This document shows positions 1 through 10,228 of a DNA stretch of 64,000 nt, in pieces. This stretch comes from Acidobacteriota bacterium. Its GTDB lineage: Bacteria > Actinomycetota > Acidimicrobiia > ATN3. The position numbers and the translations under genes are program-made. Each line of letters starts with the position of its first letter. Position 1 is the stretch's first letter. The notes below the pieces were generated by a model, which saw only the letters and a program-made list of their open reading frames with translations, was not told the origin of the DNA and searched no databases. The DNA is taken from contig QEUQ01000006.1 of the NCBI GenBank assembly GCA_003577105.1, positions 14,286 through 78,285 of the forward strand. Direction: 5' to 3'.

Positions 1-301
1 AGAGTCCGCAGAAGATGCAGCGCAACAAGTTGATCTCGTAGACGTAGCCGTAGCGCTCCCCAGGGGAAACGGGATTTCCGGGAGGATTGTCCTTGCCCCT
101 GACATAGATGCACTTGGCGGGGCAGACTGCGGCGCAAAGCTCGCATCCGATGCACTTCTCCATGCCGTCTGGATACCGGTTCAGCACATGCCTGCCATGA
201 AAGCGCACCGGCTTTTCCCGCACTTCCTTCGGATACTGGGTAGTCACCGGCTTGCGGAACATGTGCCGGAGAGTGACTGCGAAACCCGAGAACTTGCCCA
301 T
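1..301 (-). CDS. nuoI: NADH-quinone oxidoreductase subunit I (partial, runs off left edge)
   Basis: Manual translation from ATG at 301: [24 protein letters not shown]...[29 protein letters not shown]...[12 protein letters not shown]; NuoI 4Fe-4S motifs; follows nuoH. Confidence 0.95.
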   Translation of the reverse strand, partial: MGKFSGFAVTLRHMFRKPVTTQYPKEVREKPVRFHGRHVLNRYPDGMEKCIGCELCAAVCPAKCIYVRGKDNPPGNPVSPGERYGYVYEINLLRCIFCGL

Positions 302-306
302 CAGGA

Positions 307-1371
307 TCAGCCCCCCGCCACGTGATTGGAGGCTTCGTTGATCCAAGCTTGGATCCCCGAGCTCAGCAACAACCAGACCAGGAGAACCGGTATCAGGCGC
401 TTCCAACCGAGGGACATGAGTTGGTCGTAGCGGAAGCGCGGGAGCGATGCTCGGATCCACATGAAGATGAAGACAAGAACTCCGGTCTTGGCGAAGAACC
501 AGAGCAACGGCCAAAGCCATGGCAGGAACGAGAAACCGGGGCCGTTCCAGCCGCCGAGAAAGACCGTGACGGCGATGGCCGAGATCGTGAACATGTTGGC
601 GAACTCGGCCAGGTAGAAGATCGCAAATCTGATGCCTGAATACTCGGTGTGAAACCCACCGACAAGCTCGGTTTCGGCCTCGACCAAATCAAATGGTGGC
701 CGGTTTGTTTCGGCGATGGCACAAATGAAGAATGCAAGCATCGGTATGACCTGAACCAGCCCGGTCCACCTGGGGACGAATCCGAGCCAAGTTCCGGATT
801 GAGCCTCGACCATGCCCCTCATGGAAAGCGTGCCCGTTGTCATAACCGCTGGTATCAGAGCGAGCCCCATGCAGGTCTCGTAGCTGATCATTTGAGCGCT
901 CGCGCGAATGCCGCCAATCAGTGGGTACTTCGACCCCGACGCCCATCCCGCAAGCGTGATGCCATAGACACCGATACTTGACATCGCCAGGAAGAAGAGG
1001 ATGCCAATGTTGAGGTCGGTGCCCTGGAGGAATATCTCGCGTCCGTTGATGGTGATTGAGTTACCGAAGGGGATGATCGCCACTACCAGAAACATTGGGA
1101 TCAACGAGAGAAGTGGCGCCAATATGTAGATAGGTCGGTCCACGGCTCGCGGAGTGACCGGCTCCTTGAAGAAGAGCTTGATCCCGTCAGCGAGCGTCTG
1201 GAGAATCCCCTTGGGGCCGGCCTGATTTGGCCCTATCCGAACCTGCATGAACGCAACGACTTTGCGCTCGATGTAGACGAGCGCCATCACGAGAATCAGG
1301 GTCGCGGCAAATAGGATGACGACCTTCAGGGCGCTTCCAAGAACCCACCAACCGTCGTGTGGCCCGGTCAT
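307..1371 (-). CDS. nuoH: NADH-quinone oxidoreductase subunit H
   Basis: [60 protein letters not shown] motifs. Confidence 0.97.
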   Translation of the reverse strand: MTGPHDGWWVLGSALKVVILFAATLILVMALVYIERKVVAFMQVRIGPNQAGPKGILQTLADGIKLFFKEPVTPRAVDRPIYILAPLLSLIPMFLVVAIIPFGNSITINGREIFLQGTDLNIGILFFLAMSSIGVYGITLAGWASGSKYPLIGGIRASAQMISYETCMGLALIPAVMTTGTLSMRGMVEAQSGTWLGFVPRWTGLVQVIPMLAFFICAIAETNRPPFDLVEAETELVGGFHTEYSGIRFAIFYLAEFANMFTISAIAVTVFLGGWNGPGFSFLPWLWPLLWFFAKTGVLVFIFMWIRASLPRFRYDQLMSLGWKRLIPVLLVWLLLSSGIQAWINEASNHVAGG

Positions 1372-3959
1372 GCGGGGCTCTCCAAGGTTTCGATCCGGAC
1401 CTCATTGACCGCGGCAGTCGAATCGATCAAGTCGGCGACGCGTATCGGGTGGAGCGCTGACTCGCCGGTTTCTTTCTCGTCTGCGCCTGAACTAGTTGCG
1501 ATCCGGTTGAACGGAACTGAAACACTTCCCTCCGGCACGCTGTCATCGGTCATGACTGCGATCTCGAGGTCCGCCCGCGCGCCTCTCAGACGCACGGCAA
1601 CGCCGTCTTCCACTCCTAGACGTGACATGTCGCGACTATTGAGGCGCGCGACGGCTTTCGTATCGATTCTGCGGAAGGCTGTACAGCGCCCGCTGACCTG
1701 GCCATCGCCATATAGCTTTCGACCGGCAATGACGCGGTGGTTGTACTGATCGGTTGCGATCGGCGGGTGTTCGATCTCTTGGGGGGCATAGGTGTCTGAT
1801 GCCCTCACCACGGTGCCCTTTGCCCCCTCGATGCTGGCCCGCGTCACCTCAGCGAACGCAGGGGCAGCTGCGGCCATCTCCTCGAAAACATCTTGATGGG
1901 AAGTCCAGCGCGCGGGTTTCCCAGAGATCCGAGAGGTCAGCTGATCCAGGAGATACCACTCGGGCTGTGAGCTGCCGGGGGGGGCAACTTTTGCCACTTG
2001 CCGCGTAACGCGCCCTTCGATATTGACGACGCAACCTGATTGCTCTCCGAAGGTCGCCGCAGGAAAGACGACGTCGGCCGCGGCAGCTGTCGGTGTCATG
2101 AAGATGTCAATCGCGACAATGAACCCAGTTCTGCCAATTGCCTCAAGACCAAGTGATCGGTCGGGGAAGTCGTCGATCAAGTCGGCACCCATGAGAACCA
2201 AGGCTCCCACGTTGCCCCTTGCTGCCTCTGTCACGATGCCGGAAGCATCGCGTCCCTCATGGCTCGGAACAGCCCGCCCCCACGCCTTTTCAATCGCTGC
2301 TCTTGATCCACCATCTCCATCTGCAAGGCGGGAACCGCCCGGGAGCAAGTCGGGTGCGCATCCGGCGAAAAGCGCACCCATCGTGTTCGCTCGATGCGCA
2401 ACTGGCAGAACTAGCCCCCCGATTGCCTCGGCCAGCTGTGTGGCCGAAGCACCCAGTTCGCCGTCGGACGTGGCGAGCCCGGTTCGCCCGGCAATCACGA
2501 CGGCGTTTTTGTCACAGGCCTCTGAAATGATCTCAACAGCTCTTTGAAAATCTGTTGCCGATGCTCCGGCTGGCGGGCGATCGGTGGGCTCCCGTTGGGC
2601 AGCGCCAGCGAGTGCGCTGAGAAGCTGCGCTGTCTCCCCTGCCCGATGGATGAGTGAAACCGCTGCATATCTGCTCAGTCCGGTCTGCATGGGCGAGCAC
2701 TCGATCAAGGGCACCCCATTCTTGAGTGCGGCTTGCTTCACCCTGAGATATAGGACCGGCAGCTCTTCTTTGAGGTCTGGACCCGCAACGACGATCGCGG
2801 CCGCCGAATCGAGATTGGCAATGCTCGCTCTGGGGTTCGCACCGACCAAAAAAGCTGCTTCGAGTCCGTCGCCGAGCTGAGCATCGACGTTGTTGGTCCC
2901 CGCGATGCGCGCTAGCTTGGAGAACGCATAGGCCGACTCGGTGGTAGAACGCGATCCACCAAGAAAGCCGAGAGCATCGGGGCCCTCCTTGGCTGCGCGC
3001 TTGATTCCGTCAGCCGCCGCGTCGAGTGCCTCGCCCCATGACGCTTCGACCAGCTCACCGTCTATTCGGATCATCGGAGCAGTCAGGCGGTCGTCATGAT
3101 GCAAATACTCGAATCCGAAGCGACCCTTGTCGCAGAGCCATCCCTGGTTGACCTCTTCAGAATCGACACCGAGGACTCGCAATACCCTGCTCGATGAGGA
3201 CTGGAGCTTGACCCGGCATCCAACCGCGCATTGAGCACAAGTGGATTCCACCTCTTCAAGATCCCATGGTCTCGCCTTGAAGCGATACGGAACGGCGGTC
3301 AGTGCTCCAACGGGGCAGGCCTCAATGGTGTTTCCCGAGAAGTACGACCGAAATGGCTCATCGGGGAAGGTCAAGACGTGCGTTCGATTGCCGCGCTCGA
3401 CAAAGGCAATCAAGGGGTCGCCTGCCACCTCATCGGCAAAGCGTGTGCAGCGATCACAAAGGATGCACCGCTCCCGGTCGAGCAGTACTAGCTCGCTTAG
3501 GGCAATCGGCTTCTCATAGTGGCGCTTCTCTTCGACAAAACGCGACTCACCCGGACCGTAAGCCATGGTCTGATCCTGCAGCGGGCACTCGCCACCTCTA
3601 TCGCAGACAGGGCAGTCGAGAGGATGGTTCGCCAGAAGTAGTTCAAGGACTGACTCTTGGACCTGTTGAACTATGGGAGTGTCAGTGTGAACCACCATCT
3701 CGTTTGAGCAGGGCGTGGTGCACGCTGGCGGAAGCCCCCGCTGGTCTTCGACTTCGACGAGGCACATGCGGCACTTGGCTACCGGCTTCATGCGCGGGTG
3801 CCAGCAGAAGTGGGGGATGTACTTACCAGCCTTGAGTGCTGCCTCTATGAGCAGGGTGCCAGGCTCGACCTCAGTTGTGACACCATCAATTGTCACCTTC
3901 AGACGTTCGGGGGAGGCTTGTGACTCCTCGGCCTCCGGACTCGCCTTTGTGTCAGCCAC
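1368..3959 (-). CDS. nuoG: NADH-quinone oxidoreductase subunit G
   Basis: CRMCLVE, HPLDCPVCDRGGECPLQD, CILCDRCTRF and CAQCAVGC...C Fe-S motifs, followed by a molybdopterin-oxidoreductase-like body. Confidence 0.96.
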   Translation of the reverse strand: MADTKASPEAEESQASPERLKVTIDGVTTEVEPGTLLIEAALKAGKYIPHFCWHPRMKPVAKCRMCLVEVEDQRGLPPACTTPCSNEMVVHTDTPIVQQVQESVLELLLANHPLDCPVCDRGGECPLQDQTMAYGPGESRFVEEKRHYEKPIALSELVLLDRERCILCDRCTRFADEVAGDPLIAFVERGNRTHVLTFPDEPFRSYFSGNTIEACPVGALTAVPYRFKARPWDLEEVESTCAQCAVGCRVKLQSSSSRVLRVLGVDSEEVNQGWLCDKGRFGFEYLHHDDRLTAPMIRIDGELVEASWGEALDAAADGIKRAAKEGPDALGFLGGSRSTTESAYAFSKLARIAGTNNVDAQLGDGLEAAFLVGANPRASIANLDSAAAIVVAGPDLKEELPVLYLRVKQAALKNGVPLIECSPMQTGLSRYAAVSLIHRAGETAQLLSALAGAAQREPTDRPPAGASATDFQRAVEIISEACDKNAVVIAGRTGLATSDGELGASATQLAEAIGGLVLPVAHRANTMGALFAGCAPDLLPGGSRLADGDGGSRAAIEKAWGRAVPSHEGRDASGIVTEAARGNVGALVLMGADLIDDFPDRSLGLEAIGRTGFIVAIDIFMTPTAAAADVVFPAATFGEQSGCVVNIEGRVTRQVAKVAPPGSSQPEWYLLDQLTSRISGKPARWTSHQDVFEEMAAAAPAFAEVTRASIEGAKGTVVRASDTYAPQEIEHPPIATDQYNHRVIAGRKLYGDGQVSGRCTAFRRIDTKAVARLNSRDMSRLGVEDGVAVRLRGARADLEIAVMTDDSVPEGSVSVPFNRIATSSGADEKETGESALHPIRVADLIDSTAAVNEVRIETLESPA

Positions 3960-3962
3960 GCT

Positions 3963-5312
3963 TCACCCCCTCGATGCCTTGCGATCTTGCGTCGTGATTC
4001 CCGTTCCCGCGGCCTTCGGGCATGCCCCCAGGCGAATGTGCTCCTCAAATTCCTCGCGAAACAATCTGAGTGGTGCTGCCATCGCCGTCACCGCGGAAGG
4101 CCCAAGAACGCAGATCGTCGTATAGGGCAGCACCTCTGACATCGCCATGCGACCTTCCGTCTTGAGCGCGGGAGTGATTCCCGAGCCCACGGAGAGAAGT
4201 AAATCGAGGTCCTCAGAGCGACCGGCCCCTTCCTCGATACGAGTGAGGATCTTGTACATCCAAGCGCAACCTTCGCGGCACGGCGTGCACTGTCCACACG
4301 ACTCATGCGAGAAGAACTTCACCAGGCGGGCCGCCGCTCGAACTGCGCAGGTTGTCTCATCCATGACGATCACGGCACCCGAACCGAGCATGGATCCAGC
4401 GGCGGCGATCGCATCGAAATCCAGCGGGGTGTCGAGATCCTCTTCAACGAACCAAACCGAAGAAGCTCCGCCTGGGATCACGGCCTTCAACTTGTTGCCG
4501 CCGCGCACCCCTAGGCCGTAATCGTCGATGAGCGATCTGAAGGTTGTCCCGAGTTCGACTTCATAGTTACCGGGACGATTCACATGGCCAGATAGGGAGA
4601 AGATCTTGGTTCCCCGCGACTTTTCGGTGCCAAGCGATGCGTACCAGGCACCTCCCTTGTTGACGATGTGCGGAACCGCCGAAATCGTCTCGACGTTGTT
4701 AACGATTGTGGGTTTGGCGTACAGCCCTTCCACCGCGGGAAAGGGTGGCTTGAGGCGAGGCTCGCCTCGCTGGCCCTCGAGGCTCGAGAGCAGCGCCGTC
4801 TCTTCTCCGCATATGTACGCACCGGCACCTCGATGAACAACGATATCGAGGTCAAACTCCGTACCGAGGATGTTCTTGCCGAGATAGCCGGCCCCATATG
4901 CGTCGCGAACTGCGTTCTCCAGGCGTGCCGCACCCAGAACCATCTCTCCCCGTATGTAAATCGCGGACCAATTCACCTTGAGGGCATAGGCCGCAATGAT
5001 CGTTCCCTCGACTAGCTGATGGGGATCGAACTCAATCAACTCTCTGTCTTTGAACGTACCTGGTTCGCCTTCATCAGCATTAATTACGAGATAGCGAGGA
5101 TAGACATCGGGAAGAAAGCCCCACTTCACCCCTGTTGGGAAGCCAGCACCGCCTCGCCCCCTGATTTCGCTGGTCTTGACCTCCTCGGCTACCTCCTCAG
5201 GGGTCATCGACTTGAGCGCCTTGGCGAGAGCTTCGTAGCCACCGAGTTCTTTGTAGCGATCGATACGCCATGCCTCAGGCTCAGATATGCGGGTGAGCAG
5301 AACTTCGGTCAA
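3963..5312 (-). CDS. nuoF: NADH-quinone oxidoreductase subunit F
   Basis: RGRGGAGFPTG, NADEGEPGTFKD, GAGAYICGEETAL, ESCGQCTPCREG motifs. Confidence 0.97.
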   Translation of the reverse strand: MTEVLLTRISEPEAWRIDRYKELGGYEALAKALKSMTPEEVAEEVKTSEIRGRGGAGFPTGVKWGFLPDVYPRYLVINADEGEPGTFKDRELIEFDPHQLVEGTIIAAYALKVNWSAIYIRGEMVLGAARLENAVRDAYGAGYLGKNILGTEFDLDIVVHRGAGAYICGEETALLSSLEGQRGEPRLKPPFPAVEGLYAKPTIVNNVETISAVPHIVNKGGAWYASLGTEKSRGTKIFSLSGHVNRPGNYEVELGTTFRSLIDDYGLGVRGGNKLKAVIPGGASSVWFVEEDLDTPLDFDAIAAAGSMLGSGAVIVMDETTCAVRAAARLVKFFSHESCGQCTPCREGCAWMYKILTRIEEGAGRSEDLDLLLSVGSGITPALKTEGRMAMSEVLPYTTICVLGPSAVTAMAAPLRLFREEFEEHIRLGACPKAAGTGITTQDRKASRG

Positions 5313-5887
5313 CTGCCTTCCCCTTCATTTGCCCCGAGGCCCTCAGGGATCGACGGCGCCCCGAGTGGCTCCGAGTAGAAGTCCGACGGAAGACCCTTGC
5401 CGCCCTCTGGACGCTCCCCGCGCATCGCCGAATCGACAATCGAGTCGGCTGCCTCGATAGTCACGTTTTCGAAGTACTCGCCATCGACCTGAAGGCACGG
5501 GGCGCCACCACATGCTGCGAGACACTCGACCTCCTCGAGGTAGACCTCCCCACCGGAAGTCGAGTGGCCACACTTGGAGCCGAGACGGTGCTCAATGCGC
5601 TCGAGAAGTTCGTCACTTCCCTGGAGCATGCACGAGATGTTGTTGCAGACAGAGATGATCTTCTTGCCAGCGGGTTCGCGAAGGTACATCGTGTAGAAAC
5701 TCGCGACCGAGAAGACCTGCGCCGGCTCCAGGCCGAGAATCTCTGCTACCTCCCGCATGCCATCTGGACTCAGCCAGCCATCTTGGGACTGAGCCAAGTG
5801 CAGGAGCGGCAGGACCGCTGATTCCGATTGCGGGTACTGGGCGACAATCCGGTCGGCTATGCGGCGATTCTCAGCAGAAAAACTCAT
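5309..5887 (-). CDS. nuoE: NADH-quinone oxidoreductase subunit E
   Basis: VASFYTMY, CNNISC...ECLAAC 2Fe-2S ligands; operon position. Confidence 0.95.
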   Translation of the reverse strand: MSFSAENRRIADRIVAQYPQSESAVLPLLHLAQSQDGWLSPDGMREVAEILGLEPAQVFSVASFYTMYLREPAGKKIISVCNNISCMLQGSDELLERIEHRLGSKCGHSTSGGEVYLEEVECLAACGGAPCLQVDGEYFENVTIEAADSIVDSAMRGERPEGGKGLPSDFYSEPLGAPSIPEGLGANEGEGS

Positions 5888-7236
5888 CGGTCCACGTCCC
5901 CCATCACCGGATCCGTGCTGGCAATCACGGCTACGGCATCGGCGAGCAGGCCGCCTTCCATCATGGGCGCTAGGCCTTGGAGATTCGCAAACGACGGTGC
6001 TCTCACGTGCAAGCGCCAGGGTTTCGAGGATCCACTTGAGACGAGATAGTTCGCGATCTCTCCTCTCGGGGACTCGATCGCGCAGTAAACCTCACCCGCA
6101 GGGACTTTGTATCCCTCGGTGAAGATCTTGAAGTGATGAATCAGTGCTTCCATTGATTCGTCAATCCGAATTCGGGGTGGCGGAGTGACCTTCTTGTCCT
6201 GACTCCGATAGTCACCTTCGGGCATTCGGTCGAGAACTTGCTTGACGATCTTGATGCTCTCTCGCATCTCGCCCACACGGACCTTGTAGCGGTCAAAGAC
6301 GTCGCCGTTTGTGCCGGTTATGACATCGAAGTCATACGTCTCATAACCGCAGTAGGGTTGGTCGACGCGAAGATCCCAAGCCTTGCCCGCTGCTCGCAGT
6401 ATCGGACCGGTCAGGCCGAGCGCGTAGCACTGCTCGACCGTAACGGAGCCGACGCCAATAGTCCGCTCACGCCAAATGGGGTTCTCCGTGAGCAGTTCTT
6501 CGTATTCGTCGATGTGCGCGGGAAAAGTCTCGACGATCTTCGCGACGTCTGATTCCCAGTCAGGCGGAAGGTCCGCAGCCACTCCGCCCGGACGGATGTA
6601 ATCGTTGTTCATGCGAAGCCCCGAGCACTTCTCAAAGAAGCTCAAGATCTCTTCTCGCTCGCGGAACCCATAGATCATCATCGAGATGGCCCCCAGGTCC
6701 ATGCCCTGGGTGGCAAGCGAAACCAGATGAGACGAGATCCGGTTTAGCTCAGCCATCAGCACCCTAATGGCCGTAGCTCTGGGAGGAATTTCGAGGTCGA
6801 GTAGCTTTTCGACAGTCAGCGCCCAGCAGAGCTCGTTGCTCATCGGGGCGAGATAGTCCATGCGGGTCACGTTGGTCGCGCCCTGCGTGAAGGTCAGAGT
6901 CTCCGCCGTCTTCTCCATGCCTGTGTGCAGATAGCCAATGACTGGTTTGACCCTGACAACGGTCTCGGCATCGAGCTCAAGCATCAGCCGCAGAACTCCG
7001 TGCGTCGACGGGTGCTGGGGACCCATATTGATGATCATCGTCTCGTCGTCATCGCTGACGTCGGACCATGGTTCGTTGGTCATCACGGCCTTGCGGGCAC
7101 CTGCTGCGTTGCCTTTCTCGTAGGCAAGCTCAAGGCTGCCGGTCTCGTCGCGCCCGCGCATCTTCTGCGCACCTTCATCGGTGCGAGCGCGATCTGCCTC
7201 CGCGGCGATTCCTTCGAGTTCCACTTGCTCAGGCAC
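5884..7236 (-). CDS. nuoD: NADH-quinone oxidoreductase subunit D
   Basis: NMGPQHPSTHGVLRL, GYLHTGMEK, ESPRGE, C-terminal DPVMGDVDR; has an N-terminal extension. Confidence 0.97.
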   Translation of the reverse strand: MPEQVELEGIAAEADRARTDEGAQKMRGRDETGSLELAYEKGNAAGARKAVMTNEPWSDVSDDDETMIINMGPQHPSTHGVLRLMLELDAETVVRVKPVIGYLHTGMEKTAETLTFTQGATNVTRMDYLAPMSNELCWALTVEKLLDLEIPPRATAIRVLMAELNRISSHLVSLATQGMDLGAISMMIYGFREREEILSFFEKCSGLRMNNDYIRPGGVAADLPPDWESDVAKIVETFPAHIDEYEELLTENPIWRERTIGVGSVTVEQCYALGLTGPILRAAGKAWDLRVDQPYCGYETYDFDVITGTNGDVFDRYKVRVGEMRESIKIVKQVLDRMPEGDYRSQDKKVTPPPRIRIDESMEALIHHFKIFTEGYKVPAGEVYCAIESPRGEIANYLVSSGSSKPWRLHVRAPSFANLQGLAPMMEGGLLADAVAVIASTDPVMGDVDR

Positions 7237-7248
7237 CGGTCACCACCA

Positions 7249-7791
7249 CTACTGCGGCCTCGGCGCGCCGGAAAACTGAACCGGAATTGCCCCAACTGCG
7301 AAATCCTTCCTCAGGGGATGTCCACTCCAGTCGTCCGGCATGAGAATCCTGCTCAGCTCTGGATGGCCGGTGAACTCGATGCCAAACATGTCGAACGCCT
7401 CCCGCTCGAACCAGTTGGCACCGGGCCAAACCGCGCACACGCTTGGGCACACCGGCGCTTCACCGTCGACGCCAATCCGAACCCTTAGGCGCGCGCCGTA
7501 CGAGCAGGAGATCAAGTTCACGACAACTTCGAAGCGAGTTCCCAGAGCTGATCCCGCCTCGTAACCCTGATAGTCAACCCCGCACATGTCGACGAGACTC
7601 TCGAAACCGGCCTCTTTCAGCTGTACGGCAACTTCCGCCCATGCTGCTGCGTCGATCGCAATGACAGCCTGCCCGTATTGATCAACTCGCTCGGCTCCGG
7701 AAATGCGCGCGAGAACGGCACCAAGCTCATCCGGCAATCCTTGCGCCTCTCCGAGCTTGTTATTTTCTTCACGAGCTTCGCTCTTGGACAT
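7249..7791 (-). CDS. nuoC: NADH-quinone oxidoreductase subunit C
   Basis: ANWFEREAFDMFGIEFTGHPELSRILMPDDWSGHPLRKDF. Confidence 0.96.
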   Translation of the reverse strand: MSKSEAREENNKLGEAQGLPDELGAVLARISGAERVDQYGQAVIAIDAAAWAEVAVQLKEAGFESLVDMCGVDYQGYEAGSALGTRFEVVVNLISCSYGARLRVRIGVDGEAPVCPSVCAVWPGANWFEREAFDMFGIEFTGHPELSRILMPDDWSGHPLRKDFAVGAIPVQFSGAPRPQ

Positions 7792-7835
7792 CGAGTCCTG
7801 TCTCTTTCCCTTGCTGATCAGCGGTTATGGCGCCG

Positions 7836-8342
7836 CTACGCCGGTTTCACCTCCAACGCCGGACCTGTCCGGCGCCGAAGCAGTTCGTCGTTTCGAATCA
7901 TTTCGTGGAGTGTCAGAATCCCGTTGATGAGTGACTCCGGCCCCGGCGGGCAGCCGGGGACGTAGACATCTACGGGCACGATCGTGTCAACTCCTTGAAC
8001 TAGCGCATAGTTATTGAACATGCCGCCGCTCGATGCACACGCACCCATCGAGATCACCCATTTGGGCTCGGGCATCTGGTCATAGATCTGACGCAAGACC
8101 GGTGCCATCTTTTGGCTGACGCGCCCCGCGACGATCATCAGATCGGCCTGGCGCGGGCTGGCCCGAAAGACCTCCATGCCAAACCTGCTGAGGTCGTAGT
8201 GCGCAGCTCCCGTCGCCATCATCTCGATAGCGCAGCAGGCGAGGCCAAATGTCGCCGGCCAGACCGAATTCCTCCGGGCCCAATTGACGAGCTTCTCGAT
8301 CTGCACCGTGAGGAAAGTGGCAGGGATCTGGTCGAGTCCCAC
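7836..8342 (-). CDS. nuoB: NADH-quinone oxidoreductase subunit B
   Basis: [27 protein letters not shown]. Confidence 0.97.
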   Translation of the reverse strand: MGLDQIPATFLTVQIEKLVNWARRNSVWPATFGLACCAIEMMATGAAHYDLSRFGMEVFRASPRQADLMIVAGRVSQKMAPVLRQIYDQMPEPKWVISMGACASSGGMFNNYALVQGVDTIVPVDVYVPGCPPGPESLINGILTLHEMIRNDELLRRRTGPALEVKPA

Positions 8343-8777
8343 TCAGGCCGCCTTCTCTGCTTCGTGCGCGGCATCGGGCTCACTCGCACTGCGCGAGCCG
8401 ACGAGCAACGCGCGCCTAGGAGCCCAGTCGAGTACTCCCTCGCGCCAGATGTATGCATAAGCGCCAAGGAGAATCAATAAGAAGACTGCCATCTCGACGA
8501 ACCCAAAAACGCCTAGTCGGCCGTACGCGACCGCCCATGGGTACATGAAGACGATCTCGATATCGAAGAGTATGAAAAGCATGGCGACCATGTAGAACCG
8601 GACGGGAAAGCGCTCGGGTGGTTCCTTGTCCGCGACGATCCCGCACTCGTAGGGCTCGAGCTTGGTTCGGGTGGGTCGCCTCGGTGCAAGGAACTTGGAG
8701 ACGAACATTGAGACGCCACCGAAGAGTGCTCCGACGACGAGCATCATTAGAATTGGCAGGTAATCGGCGATCGTCAA
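8343..8777 (-). CDS. nuoA: NADH-quinone oxidoreductase subunit A
   Basis: EPYECG, FILFDIEIVFMYPWA; start moved from the ORF track (8846) to TTG at 8777, which has GGAG upstream. Confidence 0.94.
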   Translation of the reverse strand: MTIADYLPILMMLVVGALFGGVSMFVSKFLAPRRPTRTKLEPYECGIVADKEPPERFPVRFYMVAMLFILFDIEIVFMYPWAVAYGRLGVFGFVEMAVFLLILLGAYAYIWREGVLDWAPRRALLVGSRSASEPDAAHEAEKAA

Positions 8778-8919
8778 GGCGCAGCGATCTCCAGTCTCGG
8801 CGGGAGTTGAATTGGAAGCGTAGGGTCGCGTGCGACCCGCCCGCAAACCGATTGCTGTACCGAATTTTGCCAGCTACTACGCGGTCCAGCGGTCATTCCG
8901 AAATCTGGGCGCAGGTCGT

Positions 8920-10170
8920 CTACCGCTTGCCCGGGAGCAAGGTCCCGAGGCGCTCAATGACGTAGTAGGCCCGCGACGTGACCCGCTTGTCAGCTGGATC
9001 TCCGAGGTGGGCAAGAACCATTAGCACCCACTGCATGAACGGCTTAGAGCGCATCCCCACGCTTCCCAGAAAACCCATGATTCGCGGATTTCCTATCAGT
9101 GCAGCGAAGATTCGCCCGGCTTTGTAGTAGCCGCCGTACATCGAATATACGCGTTCGGAGTAGCGGGCGATCTCCAGCCCGTTGCCGGTTCGCAGAGCTC
9201 GGCTCATCAACTCTGCCGCCACCTCGGCGGTCTCCATGGCGTAAGCAATTCCCTCGCCGTTGAAGGGGCTGATCGCGCCAGCGGCATCGCCGATCAGTAC
9301 CCAGTTGCTCCCCGCACGAGGACGGACCGAGATCCCCATAGGGAGCTTGCCACCACGCTCCGGCCCAAGGCTGTCCTCGGCTTCGAAGTCCCACGACGGT
9401 CCCGCCTGCGCGACGAAGGCCTCCATGAGCTTGGACGTGTTGACATCTTTCCAATCCCGATACGTCGACAAGAGACCGGCGCCGACGTTGACTGTGCCGT
9501 CGGCCATGGGGAAGACCCAGCCGTAAGCGGGAAGCGAATCTTCACCGTGGTACAGATCGAGATGGCTCTCCATCCACTCATCGGTGTCTCGCGGGCTGCG
9601 GAAGTAGGCTCGAGCTGCAAGACCCATCGGGTACGAGCGGTCACGCCTCGCGCCCAATGCCCTGCCGAATCGGGAAAGCGATCCGTCAGCTACGACCACG
9701 AAGCGTGCCCGCACCTCAATCTCGCCGTCCGCGTCTTTGGCTACCGCCCCTTTCAGTAGTCCGTCTTCGTAGAGAGGGGAGACCGCCTCGGTAGCCTCCC
9801 GGATCTCGGCGCCGAGATCCCTGGCGTAGTTGGCGATGTCGAGGTCGAGGATTCTTCGAGGCACGGTCATGCCATAGCTCGGGTAGATCGAATGCTCCGG
9901 CCACTCGAGCTCGAGCGAATGCCCGAAGCCGCACGCCCGGAGCCCTCGGACTCGGTGATACCCATCGAGCTTTGATTCCATTCCAATGTCAAGCAGCGCC
10001 TTGACTGAACGCGGAGTCAGACCGTCGCCGCAGACCTTCTCGCGCGGGTATCGCTTCTTCTCGAGAAGGAGTACATCGTGGCCTTCGCGAGCGAGCCGGC
10101 CCGCCGCGGCGCATCCCCCCGGACCGCCGCCAACGACCAGTACGTCTGATTTCTCGGTTCGCTTCGACAT
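8920..10170 (-). CDS. Geranylgeranyl reductase family flavoprotein (MenJ-like menaquinone side-chain reductase candidate)
   Basis: GGGPGG FAD loop, PREKVCGDGL, YGWVFP, GDAAGAISPFNGEGI; lies immediately upstream of nuoA. Confidence 0.88.
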   Translation of the reverse strand: MSKRTEKSDVLVVGGGPGGCAAAGRLAREGHDVLLLEKKRYPREKVCGDGLTPRSVKALLDIGMESKLDGYHRVRGLRACGFGHSLELEWPEHSIYPSYGMTVPRRILDLDIANYARDLGAEIREATEAVSPLYEDGLLKGAVAKDADGEIEVRARFVVVADGSLSRFGRALGARRDRSYPMGLAARAYFRSPRDTDEWMESHLDLYHGEDSLPAYGWVFPMADGTVNVGAGLLSTYRDWKDVNTSKLMEAFVAQAGPSWDFEAEDSLGPERGGKLPMGISVRPRAGSNWVLIGDAAGAISPFNGEGIAYAMETAEVAAELMSRALRTGNGLEIARYSERVYSMYGGYYKAGRIFAALIGNPRIMGFLGSVGMRSKPFMQWVLMVLAHLGDPADKRVTSRAYYVIERLGTLLPGKR

Positions 10171-10228
10171 CAGGCTATGAAGTCTGCCCGAGTCCGTAAG
10201 ACCCCGCTGACTGGTGTAGACGCGTGAC